A stretch of DNA of 64,000 bases, taken from the NCBI GenBank assembly GCA_050013255.1, contig JBEKFP010000001.1, positions 960,001 to 1,024,000 on the forward strand, given 5' to 3'. This document shows positions 28,745 to 38,066 of the stretch, one piece after another. This DNA is from Candidatus Bathyarchaeia archaeon (GTDB lineage Archaea; Thermoproteota; Bathyarchaeia; 40CM-2-53-6). Under the pieces are notes generated by a model. The model made no database searches. It was not told the DNA's origin and saw nothing but the letters and a program-made list of their open reading frames with translations. The translations under genes and the position numbers were made by a program. How positions within the stretch are numbered: position 1 is the stretch's first letter; every line of letters begins with the position of its first letter.

Positions 28745-30541
28745 TTACTCGATAATTGGGTTTACGAACTTGAAATTTACCGCGTCGAGTAATCCTTTGT
28801 CGGTGATTCTAAGTTCGGGGATAACGGATAGTGTCGTGAATGCGAGCGTTATGTAGGGAGAAGGTAACGTGCTGCCAAGTTGGCCCCAAGCTTCTTTGAG
28901 GGTTTCGATTTGCCCTGAAACGACTTCCACTGATTTATCAGACATGAGCCCTGCGATGGGAAGCGGTACTTGGGCCACGACTTTCCGCTGCTTTACTGCA
29001 ATCAATCCTCCGTCGCTTTCGATTAGTGCGTTCGCTGCAAAGATCATGTCGAGGTCGCTTGCGCCGGCGACGACTAGGTTATGGCAATCATGTCCCACAG
29101 TGGATGCAACTGCCCCCTCTTTGACTCCTAGGCCGTGGACGAAGCCTAGGCCTACGTTGCCTGTGGCTTTATGACGTTCAAAGACAGCTATCTTCAGGAC
29201 GTCCTCGCCGGGGTTGGCTGAGACTCTTCCATCCTTTGCTGGTACCTCTTTCTCCAAATTCTTCGTGTAGATGGTGGCTGGCATTACGCCGATTGCCCGA
29301 GCCTTAACTTTACCGTTGGCGGCCTTTGTTCGGATTACCAAATCATCTATTTTCGGCAGGGCTTTGATTCGCATGGATTTCTTCACGGAATCCGAGAAAT
29401 TCGGTCGGGGGAATGTCGCAACCAGTTTGCCGCTTTGGAAGACAATTTTCCCGTCAGCTATGACAGTGCTTACCGCTACGTCTTCCAAGTTGTCGAGTAT
29501 CGCCATGTCCGCATAGCGTGCCGGGGCTATACTCCCAAATTCTCTAGCGCATTCATAGTGCTCAGCGACGTTGAGGGTAGCCATCTGAATCGCTTTGACG
29601 GGGTCGACGCCTTCTTGGATAGCTCGCCTTACGACATGGTCAATATGGCCCTCCTGAAGAAGTGAGTTGGGTTCGCGGTCGTCGGTTACCAAGCACGCGT
29701 GTCGCGCATCCAGTTTGTCCTCGGTTATCGAACGTATAGTGTCAGCCACGTCTCGAGACGCTGACGCCTCCCTGAGCATTGCGTACATGCCGTACCGTAG
29801 TTTCTCCACTGCTTCAGCCTTCTTTGTTGATTCGTGGCATGAGGTTATTCCAGCAGCCGCGTATGCGGCCAACTGTCCATCCAGCAAATTCACGGCGTGG
29901 CCTTCTACGACACGCCCCGCCCGGAGGGTGGCGGCTATTTCACCGTGGACCTGCGCGTCGCCCGCGAGCACGCCCGGGTAATTCATCATCTCGCCCAATG
30001 CCACAACTCCTTCCCAGCCTAAGGCTTCCTCGACTTCCTTCGGGCCAATGGTAGCGCCGTTTGTTTCGAAGCCAGGCGCCGCGGGGACGCAGGACGGGAA
30101 AGTGACAAGAACCTTGAGTGGGAGGCTACGGCCCTCCTTCATGAAGAACCGAACGCCCTCCAAGCCAAGGACATTCGCAATTTCGTGCGGGTCGACGAAC
30201 ACCGTTGTTGTTCCATGTGGTAGTACTGCCCTCGCAAATTCAGTGGCTGTGACCATCGCACTCTCGATGTGGACATGGCCGTCGATGAAACCTGGGACCA
30301 CATATCTTTCGTCAGCGTCGACTACCACGCTAGAAGGACCGATCGTAGCCTGCGCGTTTCCCACTAGTGCTATTCGGTCTCTCTTCACTGCAATATCCTG
30401 TTTAGCGATAATCTCACCGGAATTGACGTTCACCAGTGAAGCATTTCGAACGACTAGGTCAGCTTTCTCGCGACCCATGGCCGTGTCTACTAGTAATCGT
30501 GTCATCTCGTCGAGGCGCGTCCGACTTGGAACATAGAACAA
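28745..30541 (-). CDS. ade: adenine deaminase
   Basis: PGFIDGHVHIES, DPHEIANVLG, PSCVPA, LGEMMNYPG, TDDR, HDCHN; probable TTG start at 30541. Confidence 0.93.
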   Translation of the reverse strand: MFYVPSRTRLDEMTRLLVDTAMGREKADLVVRNASLVNVNSGEIIAKQDIAVKRDRIALVGNAQATIGPSSVVVDADERYVVPGFIDGHVHIESAMVTATEFARAVLPHGTTTVFVDPHEIANVLGLEGVRFFMKEGRSLPLKVLVTFPSCVPAAPGFETNGATIGPKEVEEALGWEGVVALGEMMNYPGVLAGDAQVHGEIAATLRAGRVVEGHAVNLLDGQLAAYAAAGITSCHESTKKAEAVEKLRYGMYAMLREASASRDVADTIRSITEDKLDARHACLVTDDREPNSLLQEGHIDHVVRRAIQEGVDPVKAIQMATLNVAEHYECAREFGSIAPARYADMAILDNLEDVAVSTVIADGKIVFQSGKLVATFPRPNFSDSVKKSMRIKALPKIDDLVIRTKAANGKVKARAIGVMPATIYTKNLEKEVPAKDGRVSANPGEDVLKIAVFERHKATGNVGLGFVHGLGVKEGAVASTVGHDCHNLVVAGASDLDMIFAANALIESDGGLIAVKQRKVVAQVPLPIAGLMSDKSVEVVSGQIETLKEAWGQLGSTLPSPYITLAFTTLSVIPELRITDKGLLDAVNFKFVNPIIE

Positions 30542-30753
30542 AAAGTCATCCACCGTAACATACGAATTCCAACAAGACTTAATGAATGCTCTGATATTCA
30601 ACGAGGTTTTACAATCAAGATGGACTCCTCAGAATCGCAGTGCGTACTGGATCAGTGAATCTGCTGGGTGAATCAGACCTTTCGGGCTATGATTCCGGGA
30701 GATACATTCTAGTACTATTCCGCACACTTCGCCATCATCGAGGATGCACAGAC

Positions 30754-31722
30754 ATGCCAGATAAGAAGTTCACAAAGATCTTCTTTGCAACCGACTTACA
30801 CGGCTCGGGACGTTGTTATGAGAAGTTGTTGAGCGCCGCGAAGTTCTACAAAGTGGACGTCTTAGTTCTTGGAGGAGACCTAACCGGCAAGATGCTCGTA
30901 CCAATTGTAGACCTCGAGGATGGGACGTTCAAAGCGGACTATCTTGGTGGAAAAACTGTGCGGGGGGGCGAAGAGGTCAAGTCTTTGGAGCGGGAAATAA
31001 CTGATAGTGGTTATTACTACTACCATTGTAGCAAGGGAGAGATGGATGAACTCAAAGCCTCTAAAGAGAAAGTGGACAAGCTCTTCATGGCCACGATGAA
31101 GGACACCTTAGTAAAATGGGTTGATCGTGCTGAACCTTTCCTCTCGGAGCTGGGCGTTACTTGTTACCTAACGGGCGGAAATGACGACTATCAAGAAATT
31201 GTTGATGCCGTCAAGGACACACCTCATGTAAAGAATTCCGACAACAAGGTCATCAAAATAGACGACGTCCACGAAATGGTGAACCTGGGTTGGAGCAACC
31301 CCACCCCTTGGAAATGTCCGCGAGATCATACTGAGGAAGATCTTGAAACTGTAACAGAGAAGCTTGTCTCTTCTGTAGCTGATATGGAGAATTGTGTTTT
31401 CAATGTTCATGTACCTCCCATAAACTGCGGGCTAGATACTTGCCCGAAACTGGACGATTCCGTCTTTCCCCCGAAGCCTGTTTTTGATAAGGGGCAGGCC
31501 GTCATGATTGGAGCTGGGAGTACTTCGATTCGTCGTGAGGTCGAAAAACATCAGCCACTTGTTCATTTGTGCGGCCACATCCATGAATCCAGAGGAACCA
31601 CAAGGATTGGAAGAACACTCGTGGTCAATCCGGGCAGCGAGTATCCGGAGGGTATACTCAGAGGAGCGATTGTCAATATTGGAGACAAGAAAGTAGTTAG
31701 TTGGCAGCTCACGTCTGGATAA
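30754..31722 (+). CDS. calcineurin-like metallophosphoesterase (Icc-related, GNDD type), copy 1
   Basis: TDLHG, GGDLTGK, GGNDD, HVPP, GHIHE, NPGSEY; ATG at 30754. Confidence 0.88.
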   Translation: MPDKKFTKIFFATDLHGSGRCYEKLLSAAKFYKVDVLVLGGDLTGKMLVPIVDLEDGTFKADYLGGKTVRGGEEVKSLEREITDSGYYYYHCSKGEMDELKASKEKVDKLFMATMKDTLVKWVDRAEPFLSELGVTCYLTGGNDDYQEIVDAVKDTPHVKNSDNKVIKIDDVHEMVNLGWSNPTPWKCPRDHTEEDLETVTEKLVSSVADMENCVFNVHVPPINCGLDTCPKLDDSVFPPKPVFDKGQAVMIGAGSTSIRREVEKHQPLVHLCGHIHESRGTTRIGRTLVVNPGSEYPEGILRGAIVNIGDKKVVSWQLTSG

Positions 31723-31841
31723 TGCGGAGTAGGTCTGTTATAAGCGGCCTCAGTATCTCCACTTTCGTCTCGGGCGTATTGTACGTGAGCTTTGCTTAGT
31801 TCGCCTGTTCTCTAGGCCAGGAATAAGGCTTCAAGTTTCGC

Positions 31842-33407
31842 CTATAGTGGAGGTAGTTCCTTGTATGCTAGCGATATGTCAATTCCACGCTTGGAATAGT
31901 ACGATTTCGAGACTGCATAGATTGCGATTCCGCCGACGAAGCTGAGCACGACCCAAGTATACGCAAGTGTGTTTCCTCCCCAGATTGCTGGAGAGGAGAG
32001 GAACTGGTAGACAATGTACGCAAATACAACTGCCATCAAGGCTCCGGAGGCTCCTAGAATCGCTTTGGCTTTGCCCTTCTCATTCTTGAGAGCATAACGT
32101 ACCGCGGCCACCCCTATGAAGAAGAAATAGATCATTGCCGCAACCACAGCTCCGTAGAGTGCAACCAAAGTACCGTAGAAGAACGAAGCCAATCCAATCA
32201 AAACCACAGTGCCTACGAGTTCAATTACCAATGCGACAACCGGTGAACTGGTTTTCGGGCTAATGTACGCTACCTTCTCGGGTAGGAACCGGTCGAAGGA
32301 TTGGGCGAAAAGGTATCGTGATAGGACGATGATTCCATAAGCTAAGATAGCCACATTCCAAAGGATCCATCCTAAACCGATGAACCACGTGACGGCTGTA
32401 TTGCTTGAGACACCCATTGCGAGAGTCCAGAAGTTGAAGGAGTAATCGTATACTAACTCCGGATTGGCTAACGCACCGTTAATGAAACTGAATCCTCCCG
32501 CATAGTACATGCTTGCGAACGCGGCGGTAACAACAACTAGGGTTACCACTGAAGAGATGACTACGTTGTATCTGAGTGCACCCTTGCCCTTAATCTCAGA
32601 AGCAACGGCGGGTCCGGCGTTCAACCATGGGTAGACGAAGATTGCGAAGAATGGCAGCATGAATATGGTTGCTCCAAAATCGAAAGTCGGACCGGTGTAA
32701 GAGCTAGTAACTGAAGCATATGTTGACTTGGCGCCGATTGAGTTAAGGAAACTCATATAATTTTGCACGCCAGTCGTCCCGGCAGCTAAGAGCGTGAAAA
32801 TGGCCACAAATGTTGCCGCTATCGCGATTATTATCGCAACGGCAACAATTTTGAAACCTGCCTTTGGCTTCAGGATGTTGACAGCTATGAGGGCGGCAAA
32901 GACTATCGCAGCAATAATGAATTGTCCAACGAGATCGGCTCCTGGGATATTACCTGGTAGCGCCAAGCCTAACATGTTCTCGTATCCGAGTGAAAGTCCA
33001 ACTGACCCTATCGAGAAAACCGCTGCCAAGGCAATGAGAGCCAGATAGGCCATCGTCTCCATCGTGTAGCCCATGAATGATAGGGATCCACCAAAGAATC
33101 CACCATAAACTCGTGAAACCCATACGTAGTCTCCACCGGTTCGGCTGATGCGTGTTGTCATCATCGTGTAGACAATAATTTGCGGGATTGAAAGTATCCA
33201 AGCCAGTATGGAGCCGTAGACTAAATTCACGCCCGAGGTCGATGCGAGCAGCACAGTTGTGAATCCGACGATTCCGAGAGCAGCTCCCCCAGACATGTTG
33301 CTCAAATTCAGACTAACTACGTCCAATAATGAGACGTCTCGGCGCAGCCCTGAAGCCTTTCTAACAAACGCAACAGGTTGGCTTGTCATATCCTTAAGAC
33401 CCGCCAA
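31842..33407 (-). CDS. APC family amino acid/amine permease, copy 1
   Basis: FVRKASGLRR, RTGGDYVWVSR, SEIK, SRYLFAQSFDRFLP, about 12 TM, tail GIDISLAYKELPP. Confidence 0.9.
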   Translation of the reverse strand: MAGLKDMTSQPVAFVRKASGLRRDVSLLDVVSLNLSNMSGGAALGIVGFTTVLLASTSGVNLVYGSILAWILSIPQIIVYTMMTTRISRTGGDYVWVSRVYGGFFGGSLSFMGYTMETMAYLALIALAAVFSIGSVGLSLGYENMLGLALPGNIPGADLVGQFIIAAIVFAALIAVNILKPKAGFKIVAVAIIIAIAATFVAIFTLLAAGTTGVQNYMSFLNSIGAKSTYASVTSSYTGPTFDFGATIFMLPFFAIFVYPWLNAGPAVASEIKGKGALRYNVVISSVVTLVVVTAAFASMYYAGGFSFINGALANPELVYDYSFNFWTLAMGVSSNTAVTWFIGLGWILWNVAILAYGIIVLSRYLFAQSFDRFLPEKVAYISPKTSSPVVALVIELVGTVVLIGLASFFYGTLVALYGAVVAAMIYFFFIGVAAVRYALKNEKGKAKAILGASGALMAVVFAYIVYQFLSSPAIWGGNTLAYTWVVLSFVGGIAIYAVSKSYYSKRGIDISLAYKELPPL

Positions 33408-33505
33408 CTACTAATTTAACACCTTCGTATGGTTGTTCCCACCGGTTATAATTCCATACTGACTCATCAGGTTCATGGCTTGCGTTCTGTTGATCTTCAT
33501 GTCGT

Positions 33506-33532
33506 TTTCTCATATGGCAGGAATATGAGAAA
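33506..33532. promoter_or_regulatory. perfect 10-bp inverted repeat TTTCTCATAT-N7-ATATGAGAAA in a divergent intergenic region
   Basis: Read directly from the sequence; lies between the APC permease and nucleotidyltransferase-like starts. Confidence 0.45.
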
Positions 33533-33577
33533 GTTTCATTTAGGCGGCGAGTGGCGGTCTTTCTAATTCTTTGTGTG

Positions 33578-34357
33578 ATGATCTTGGCAAGGTATGGCGA
33601 TGTGCGTCCTGATTTTCTTGACGAGGTACACAGAATTCTGGATGCGGCTAAGGCCGAAGACGTACTGTTGAGGTTACTGGGGTCGCTCGCGTTTCACCTG
33701 CATTGTCCGAAATTTTCGTACATGCAGGGATTGCTCGGTCGCACGTTTACTGACATTGACTTCGCTTCCTACAGAAAGGAAAGCTCCCGAATCACCGAAC
33801 TTTTCACCGAGCTCGGGTATCAATATGACGTACGAGTAAGGGCGCTCTTTGGCTCTAGGCTAGTATTTTTCGACATGAGCGGCACGAGTAGGCATTGCGA
33901 CGTGTTCCTCGACAAGCTAGAGTTCTGTCACGATGTGGTTTTCCAGGATAGGCTCGAAGTTGATAATCCGACTGTGCCACTTGCCGAACTTCTCTTGGAA
34001 AAAATGCAAATAGTCAAACTGAATCAAAAGGACGCCATCGACACTATAATGCTTCTAAGAGAGCATCAGATCGGCGGGTCGGACGATGATACAATTAACG
34101 GAGACTATATAGCGCGTCTTACCGCTCGCGATTGGGGGCTTTGGAGAACATTCACGATCAATCTGGAGAATGTGGGGAAAATGGCTCAAACGCTTGAAAA
34201 GCTCTCTGAAGAGGATGAAAAAGATGTGAATATGAAAATCAAAGCTTTACGCGCTCGTATAGAAAATGAGCCCAAGACGCGTGGCTGGAAGATTAGGTCA
34301 CAAATCGGAGAGAGAAGGAAATGGTACCGAGATGTCGACGAACTCCTGCGCGAATAA
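33578..34357 (+). CDS. uncharacterised Pol-beta-superfamily nucleotidyltransferase-like protein, copy 1
   Basis: LRLLGSLA...TDIDF (hGS...DhD) and third acidic residue in CDVFLD; LLLEKMQ...KD..D; start may be 33551, 33578 or 33584. Confidence 0.7.
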   Translation: MILARYGDVRPDFLDEVHRILDAAKAEDVLLRLLGSLAFHLHCPKFSYMQGLLGRTFTDIDFASYRKESSRITELFTELGYQYDVRVRALFGSRLVFFDMSGTSRHCDVFLDKLEFCHDVVFQDRLEVDNPTVPLAELLLEKMQIVKLNQKDAIDTIMLLREHQIGGSDDDTINGDYIARLTARDWGLWRTFTINLENVGKMAQTLEKLSEEDEKDVNMKIKALRARIENEPKTRGWKIRSQIGERRKWYRDVDELLRE

Positions 34358-34408
34358 CATTAAATGACTTGCACATCTTTCGGATTATGCGTACCGCTAT
34401 TTCATTCT

Positions 34409-35350
34409 CTAACCGCTTTCCCTAGTGTAAGGGACACCTAATGCCGACGGTTGGCGTGCGCCTCGTGCAATTGCGACTAGAATTGCGAGGGTAAGCAAGT
34501 AGGGGACCATGAGTAGGAAGTAGTAAGGTATTATTGAGCCAATAACCTGGAAGAACGACCCCAGAAGATACGCTGCGCCGAAGAGAAATGTTCCGAAGAA
34601 AGCTCTTGCAGGGCGCCACTTGCCGAAATAAACCATCGCAACGGCAATGAACCCCCTTCCGGCCGTGATGTTCTCTGCCTGAAAGGCATGAGAAGAAATT
34701 GCTAGGTATGCCCCCCCGATTCCTGCCAAAGCTGCGCCCGCAATCACCGCAATGAATCGTATCTTCGCCACGTTGACCCCCAAGGTGTCAGCGGCCGAAG
34801 GATTCTCGCCAACGGCCCTTAGGTTAAGCCCGAACGTTGTCCGCCCAATAATGAGAACGACGATTATGAGTGCGATGAAGGCGAGGTACTCCATTATGTC
34901 CTGTGAAAAGAGTGAATCACCTAGTACGGGAACCGAGGATAGGATTGGGATTGGTAACTTTGGGAGGCCTTCAATTCGGATGGTAGTACGAATTTGGCCG
35001 AACAGAGCTTCGTAGACGAATCCTGAAAGTCCGAGGCCGAGGAAGTAGATTCCGAGTCCCGAGAGTATCTGGTTCTGTTTCAAGCTGATTGAGATAAAAG
35101 CCATCAAAAGACCGAGTAGCGCCCCACAGAATGCACCCAAGAGTACACCAAGCAAGTTCCCATGTAGGAAGAAACTAACTGAGAATGCAGAGATTGCTCC
35201 AACGAGCATGACTCCTTCTGTGCCAAGATTTATCACGCCACCTCGTTCGCTAATGACCTCGCCCAGTGCTGCGAAGGCCATTGGAACGCTCAATTCTAAC
35301 ATTGATGAAATTAGACCTGAGATTGCTGCAGCATCAAGGACAACGCCCAA
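34409..35350 (-). CDS. nucleoside ABC transporter permease
   Basis: ERGGVINLGTEG, LRAVGENPSAADTLG, GRGFIAVA, LGVPY. Confidence 0.92.
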   Translation of the reverse strand: MGVVLDAAAISGLISSMLELSVPMAFAALGEVISERGGVINLGTEGVMLVGAISAFSVSFFLHGNLLGVLLGAFCGALLGLLMAFISISLKQNQILSGLGIYFLGLGLSGFVYEALFGQIRTTIRIEGLPKLPIPILSSVPVLGDSLFSQDIMEYLAFIALIIVVLIIGRTTFGLNLRAVGENPSAADTLGVNVAKIRFIAVIAGAALAGIGGAYLAISSHAFQAENITAGRGFIAVAMVYFGKWRPARAFFGTFLFGAAYLLGSFFQVIGSIIPYYFLLMVPYLLTLAILVAIARGARQPSALGVPYTRESG

Positions 35351-35353
35351 TTC

Positions 35354-36421
35354 CTAACTCCTCCTGATTTCGTACCTAGCGAAAACCTGGATGATGAGGA
35401 TTAGAACTATGATTACTCCTTGGGACAGCAATGATAAGGTTTGGGGAATTTGAAGTGCTCTCTCGACCGAGGACATCCCCGAAATGAGGCTTCCAAAGAA
35501 TATCGATGAGAAGATCACGCCTAATGGATGCAGGTTTCCAAGCAGGGAGACCACGACCGCAGTGTAGCCGAGTCCTGAAGCTTGTTCTGGCAACAACTCA
35601 TGGGTGATACCCAGTATGTAGACTCCTCCTCCCAACCCACACAAGGCGCCACTCAGGAACATCGCTGAATTGACCACACGTTTTACTGGAATCCCGCTGG
35701 TCTTAGCTGCTGACGGGTTTAATCCAACTGCACGTATTGTATATCCGAGGGGTGTCTTGAAGAGAATATAGTACGCCAAGACACATGCTGCGACGGATAC
35801 AACGATGCCGACGTTTAAGCTCGACTGGCGCAGAATGATCGGTAGGGAAGTTTCTTGCGGGAAGATGGGTGACTCAGGATAACTTCCCGGAATCGTTTTG
35901 TCTTGGAAGGGCCCTCTTACAAGCCAGTTGAGAGCGTCGATTGCGACATAGTTCATCATGATCGTTGTTATGACCTCGTTAATTCCGAGTCTCGACTTCA
36001 TCAGGGCGGGGACGCCAGCGAACAAACCTCCGCCCAAAAGCGACAGTGCTAGGGCAAGGGGAATCATGACGTAGGAAGGCATTGGCGCTTTCAAGAAGAG
36101 TAATACAAACCATGTTACGGCGATAGCGCCGAAGATTTGTTGTCCTTCAGCGCCGATATTCCAGACTTTGCAGCGGAAAGCAATGACCAGGCCCACAGCC
36201 ATCAGCATGAGAGGCGTCGCTTGTACAATTGATTCAGCAAACCCTGCCTGAGTCCCTATAGTTCCCCTGTAGAGAGCGTCCAACGCCACAATCGGGTTCT
36301 TTCCGGCGGCTGCCAGAACTAACAGAACGACAAGGGGCGAAACAATGTAGGCGAACACCGTGACCGTCAACATGGCTCTGCGGCTTACATCTAGACGCTG
36401 AGTTACCTTGAATCCAAGCAA
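35354..36421 (-). CDS. nucleoside ABC transporter permease
   Basis: WNIGAEGQ, NEVITTIMMNY, GLNPSAA; probable TTG start at 36421. Confidence 0.92.
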   Translation of the reverse strand: MLGFKVTQRLDVSRRAMLTVTVFAYIVSPLVVLLVLAAAGKNPIVALDALYRGTIGTQAGFAESIVQATPLMLMAVGLVIAFRCKVWNIGAEGQQIFGAIAVTWFVLLFLKAPMPSYVMIPLALALSLLGGGLFAGVPALMKSRLGINEVITTIMMNYVAIDALNWLVRGPFQDKTIPGSYPESPIFPQETSLPIILRQSSLNVGIVVSVAACVLAYYILFKTPLGYTIRAVGLNPSAAKTSGIPVKRVVNSAMFLSGALCGLGGGVYILGITHELLPEQASGLGYTAVVVSLLGNLHPLGVIFSSIFFGSLISGMSSVERALQIPQTLSLLSQGVIIVLILIIQVFARYEIRRS

Positions 36422-36425
36422 GCCG

Positions 36426-37991
36426 TCACGCCGCCAAAGACATCTTCTTGGCACCCGTCATCAGGAGGCCGATTTCTTTTAGATTGAATTGTCCTGGTTC
36501 GAGTAGCCCGACTATCTGACCTTTGTACATGACTGCGACTCTGTCGCTTAGAGTGATCAACTCTGATAAGTCCTCATCCACTAGCAGTACCGCAGCGCCT
36601 CGATTCCGTTGTTGGACCAATATGCTCCTGACGAATTCTGTTGCAGCTATATCGAGGCCACGCGTCGGTTGAGAAACCACAATTAGCGAGGGCTGCCCAG
36701 ACAGTTCTCTTGCTAGAATTAGTTTCTGGAGGTTCCCTCCAGACAATGATCTCGCTTTGGCTGAAATACCCGTCGTCATGATGCTGAATTGCTTGACGGC
36801 TTCCTCTCCTCTGCGAGTGATCTCTTTGTCATTCAGTAGCGTTGGAATCCTATCCACGAGCCTATTGCAGATTGGCGGTTTGTCAAAATCTTTGAGAATC
36901 ATGTTTTCGTCTAAACGAAAGTCTGCGATACTGGCGTCCTCGATCCTGTTTTCGGGCACATAGGCAAGCCCCAAGTCGATCATCCTTCTAGGTGGTCTAC
37001 CAGTGATGTCCTTACATGCAAACTTCAACGATCCTGAGGAGGGTTTTCTCAGCCCCACAATTGCTTGAACAAGTTCCCTTTGGCCATTCCCAGAGACGCC
37101 GGCTATGCCGATGATTTCCGCTTTTCGAACATCGAAGGTGACGCCCTTGACTGCTTCAAGACCTCTGTCATCATATACGGACAGCTGTCTTACTTCTAGA
37201 ACAATTTCTCCCGCACCAGTCCTCGTCTTATCGGCTATTGGAGGGATTTCCTCTCCAACCATCATGTGGGCTAACTTCTCCTTGTTCACCACTTGAGTTG
37301 GCTGCGTTGCAACTTTGCGGCCTTTTCTGAGAACCGTGACGCGGTCGGTGACATCCATTACTTCGTCGAGCTTGTGAGTGATTAGAACGATGGAGATTCC
37401 ACTCTGTTTCAATCCCCGTAGTGAGTTAAAGAAATCGTTAACCTCAGTGGGGGCAAGAACGGAGGTGGGTTCGTCTAGAATCAGAATTTTCGCATCACGG
37501 TATAACGCCTTGAGTATCTCGACACGTTGGAGTTCTCCCACCGCGAGTTGCCAGATCTGGGCCCGGGGGTCGACATGCAGACCATGTTTTTCTGCCAAGC
37601 TTGAAATTCTAGCCTCCGCGGAGGCTAGGTCCGTTAGAATTCCTTTCGGGGACTTTAATCCCAGAACAATGTTCTCAACTACGGTCATGTCGCTTACGAG
37701 CTTGAAGTGTTGATGTACCATCCCAATACCGTGTTTAATTGCGTCTGATGGTGATCTGAACGCGGCTGGTTGACCGAAAATGTCAATTGAGCCTGCATCT
37801 GGCTGATAAAATCCGTACAGGATATTCATGAGTGTAGTCTTGCCGGCACCGTTCTCCCCCAAAAGCCCATGTATTTCACCAGCATGAAGCTCAAATTCAA
37901 TCATATCATTCGCTACGACGCCGCCAGGAAATTTTTTCACAATACCATGCATTACAACGGCGGAAGTTTTGTTGTCCATTTCGTCTGCCAC
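36426..37991 (-). CDS. nucleoside/sugar ABC transporter ATP-binding protein (double NBD)
   Basis: GENGAGKT, GMVHQHF, LDEPT, GVSGNGQ, LSGGNLQK, QPTRGLD. Confidence 0.94.
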   Translation of the reverse strand: MADEMDNKTSAVVMHGIVKKFPGGVVANDMIEFELHAGEIHGLLGENGAGKTTLMNILYGFYQPDAGSIDIFGQPAAFRSPSDAIKHGIGMVHQHFKLVSDMTVVENIVLGLKSPKGILTDLASAEARISSLAEKHGLHVDPRAQIWQLAVGELQRVEILKALYRDAKILILDEPTSVLAPTEVNDFFNSLRGLKQSGISIVLITHKLDEVMDVTDRVTVLRKGRKVATQPTQVVNKEKLAHMMVGEEIPPIADKTRTGAGEIVLEVRQLSVYDDRGLEAVKGVTFDVRKAEIIGIAGVSGNGQRELVQAIVGLRKPSSGSLKFACKDITGRPPRRMIDLGLAYVPENRIEDASIADFRLDENMILKDFDKPPICNRLVDRIPTLLNDKEITRRGEEAVKQFSIMTTGISAKARSLSGGNLQKLILARELSGQPSLIVVSQPTRGLDIAATEFVRSILVQQRNRGAAVLLVDEDLSELITLSDRVAVMYKGQIVGLLEPGQFNLKEIGLLMTGAKKMSLAA

Positions 37992-38024
37992 TTGCGGTCC
38001 CGTTACCTCGCGTTCTTGCGGACA

Positions 38025-38058
38025 AAAATGGGAAGGGAAGCCCTCAAAGCGAGGGCTT
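38025..38058 (-). terminator. stem-loop AAGCCCTC-N5-GAGGGCTT followed by a pyrimidine/T tract, between the BMP and ATPase genes
   Basis: Perfect 8-bp stem at 38038-38058 just after the BMP stop; probable terminator or mRNA stabiliser. Confidence 0.5.
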
Positions 38059-38066
38059 GTGGACTT

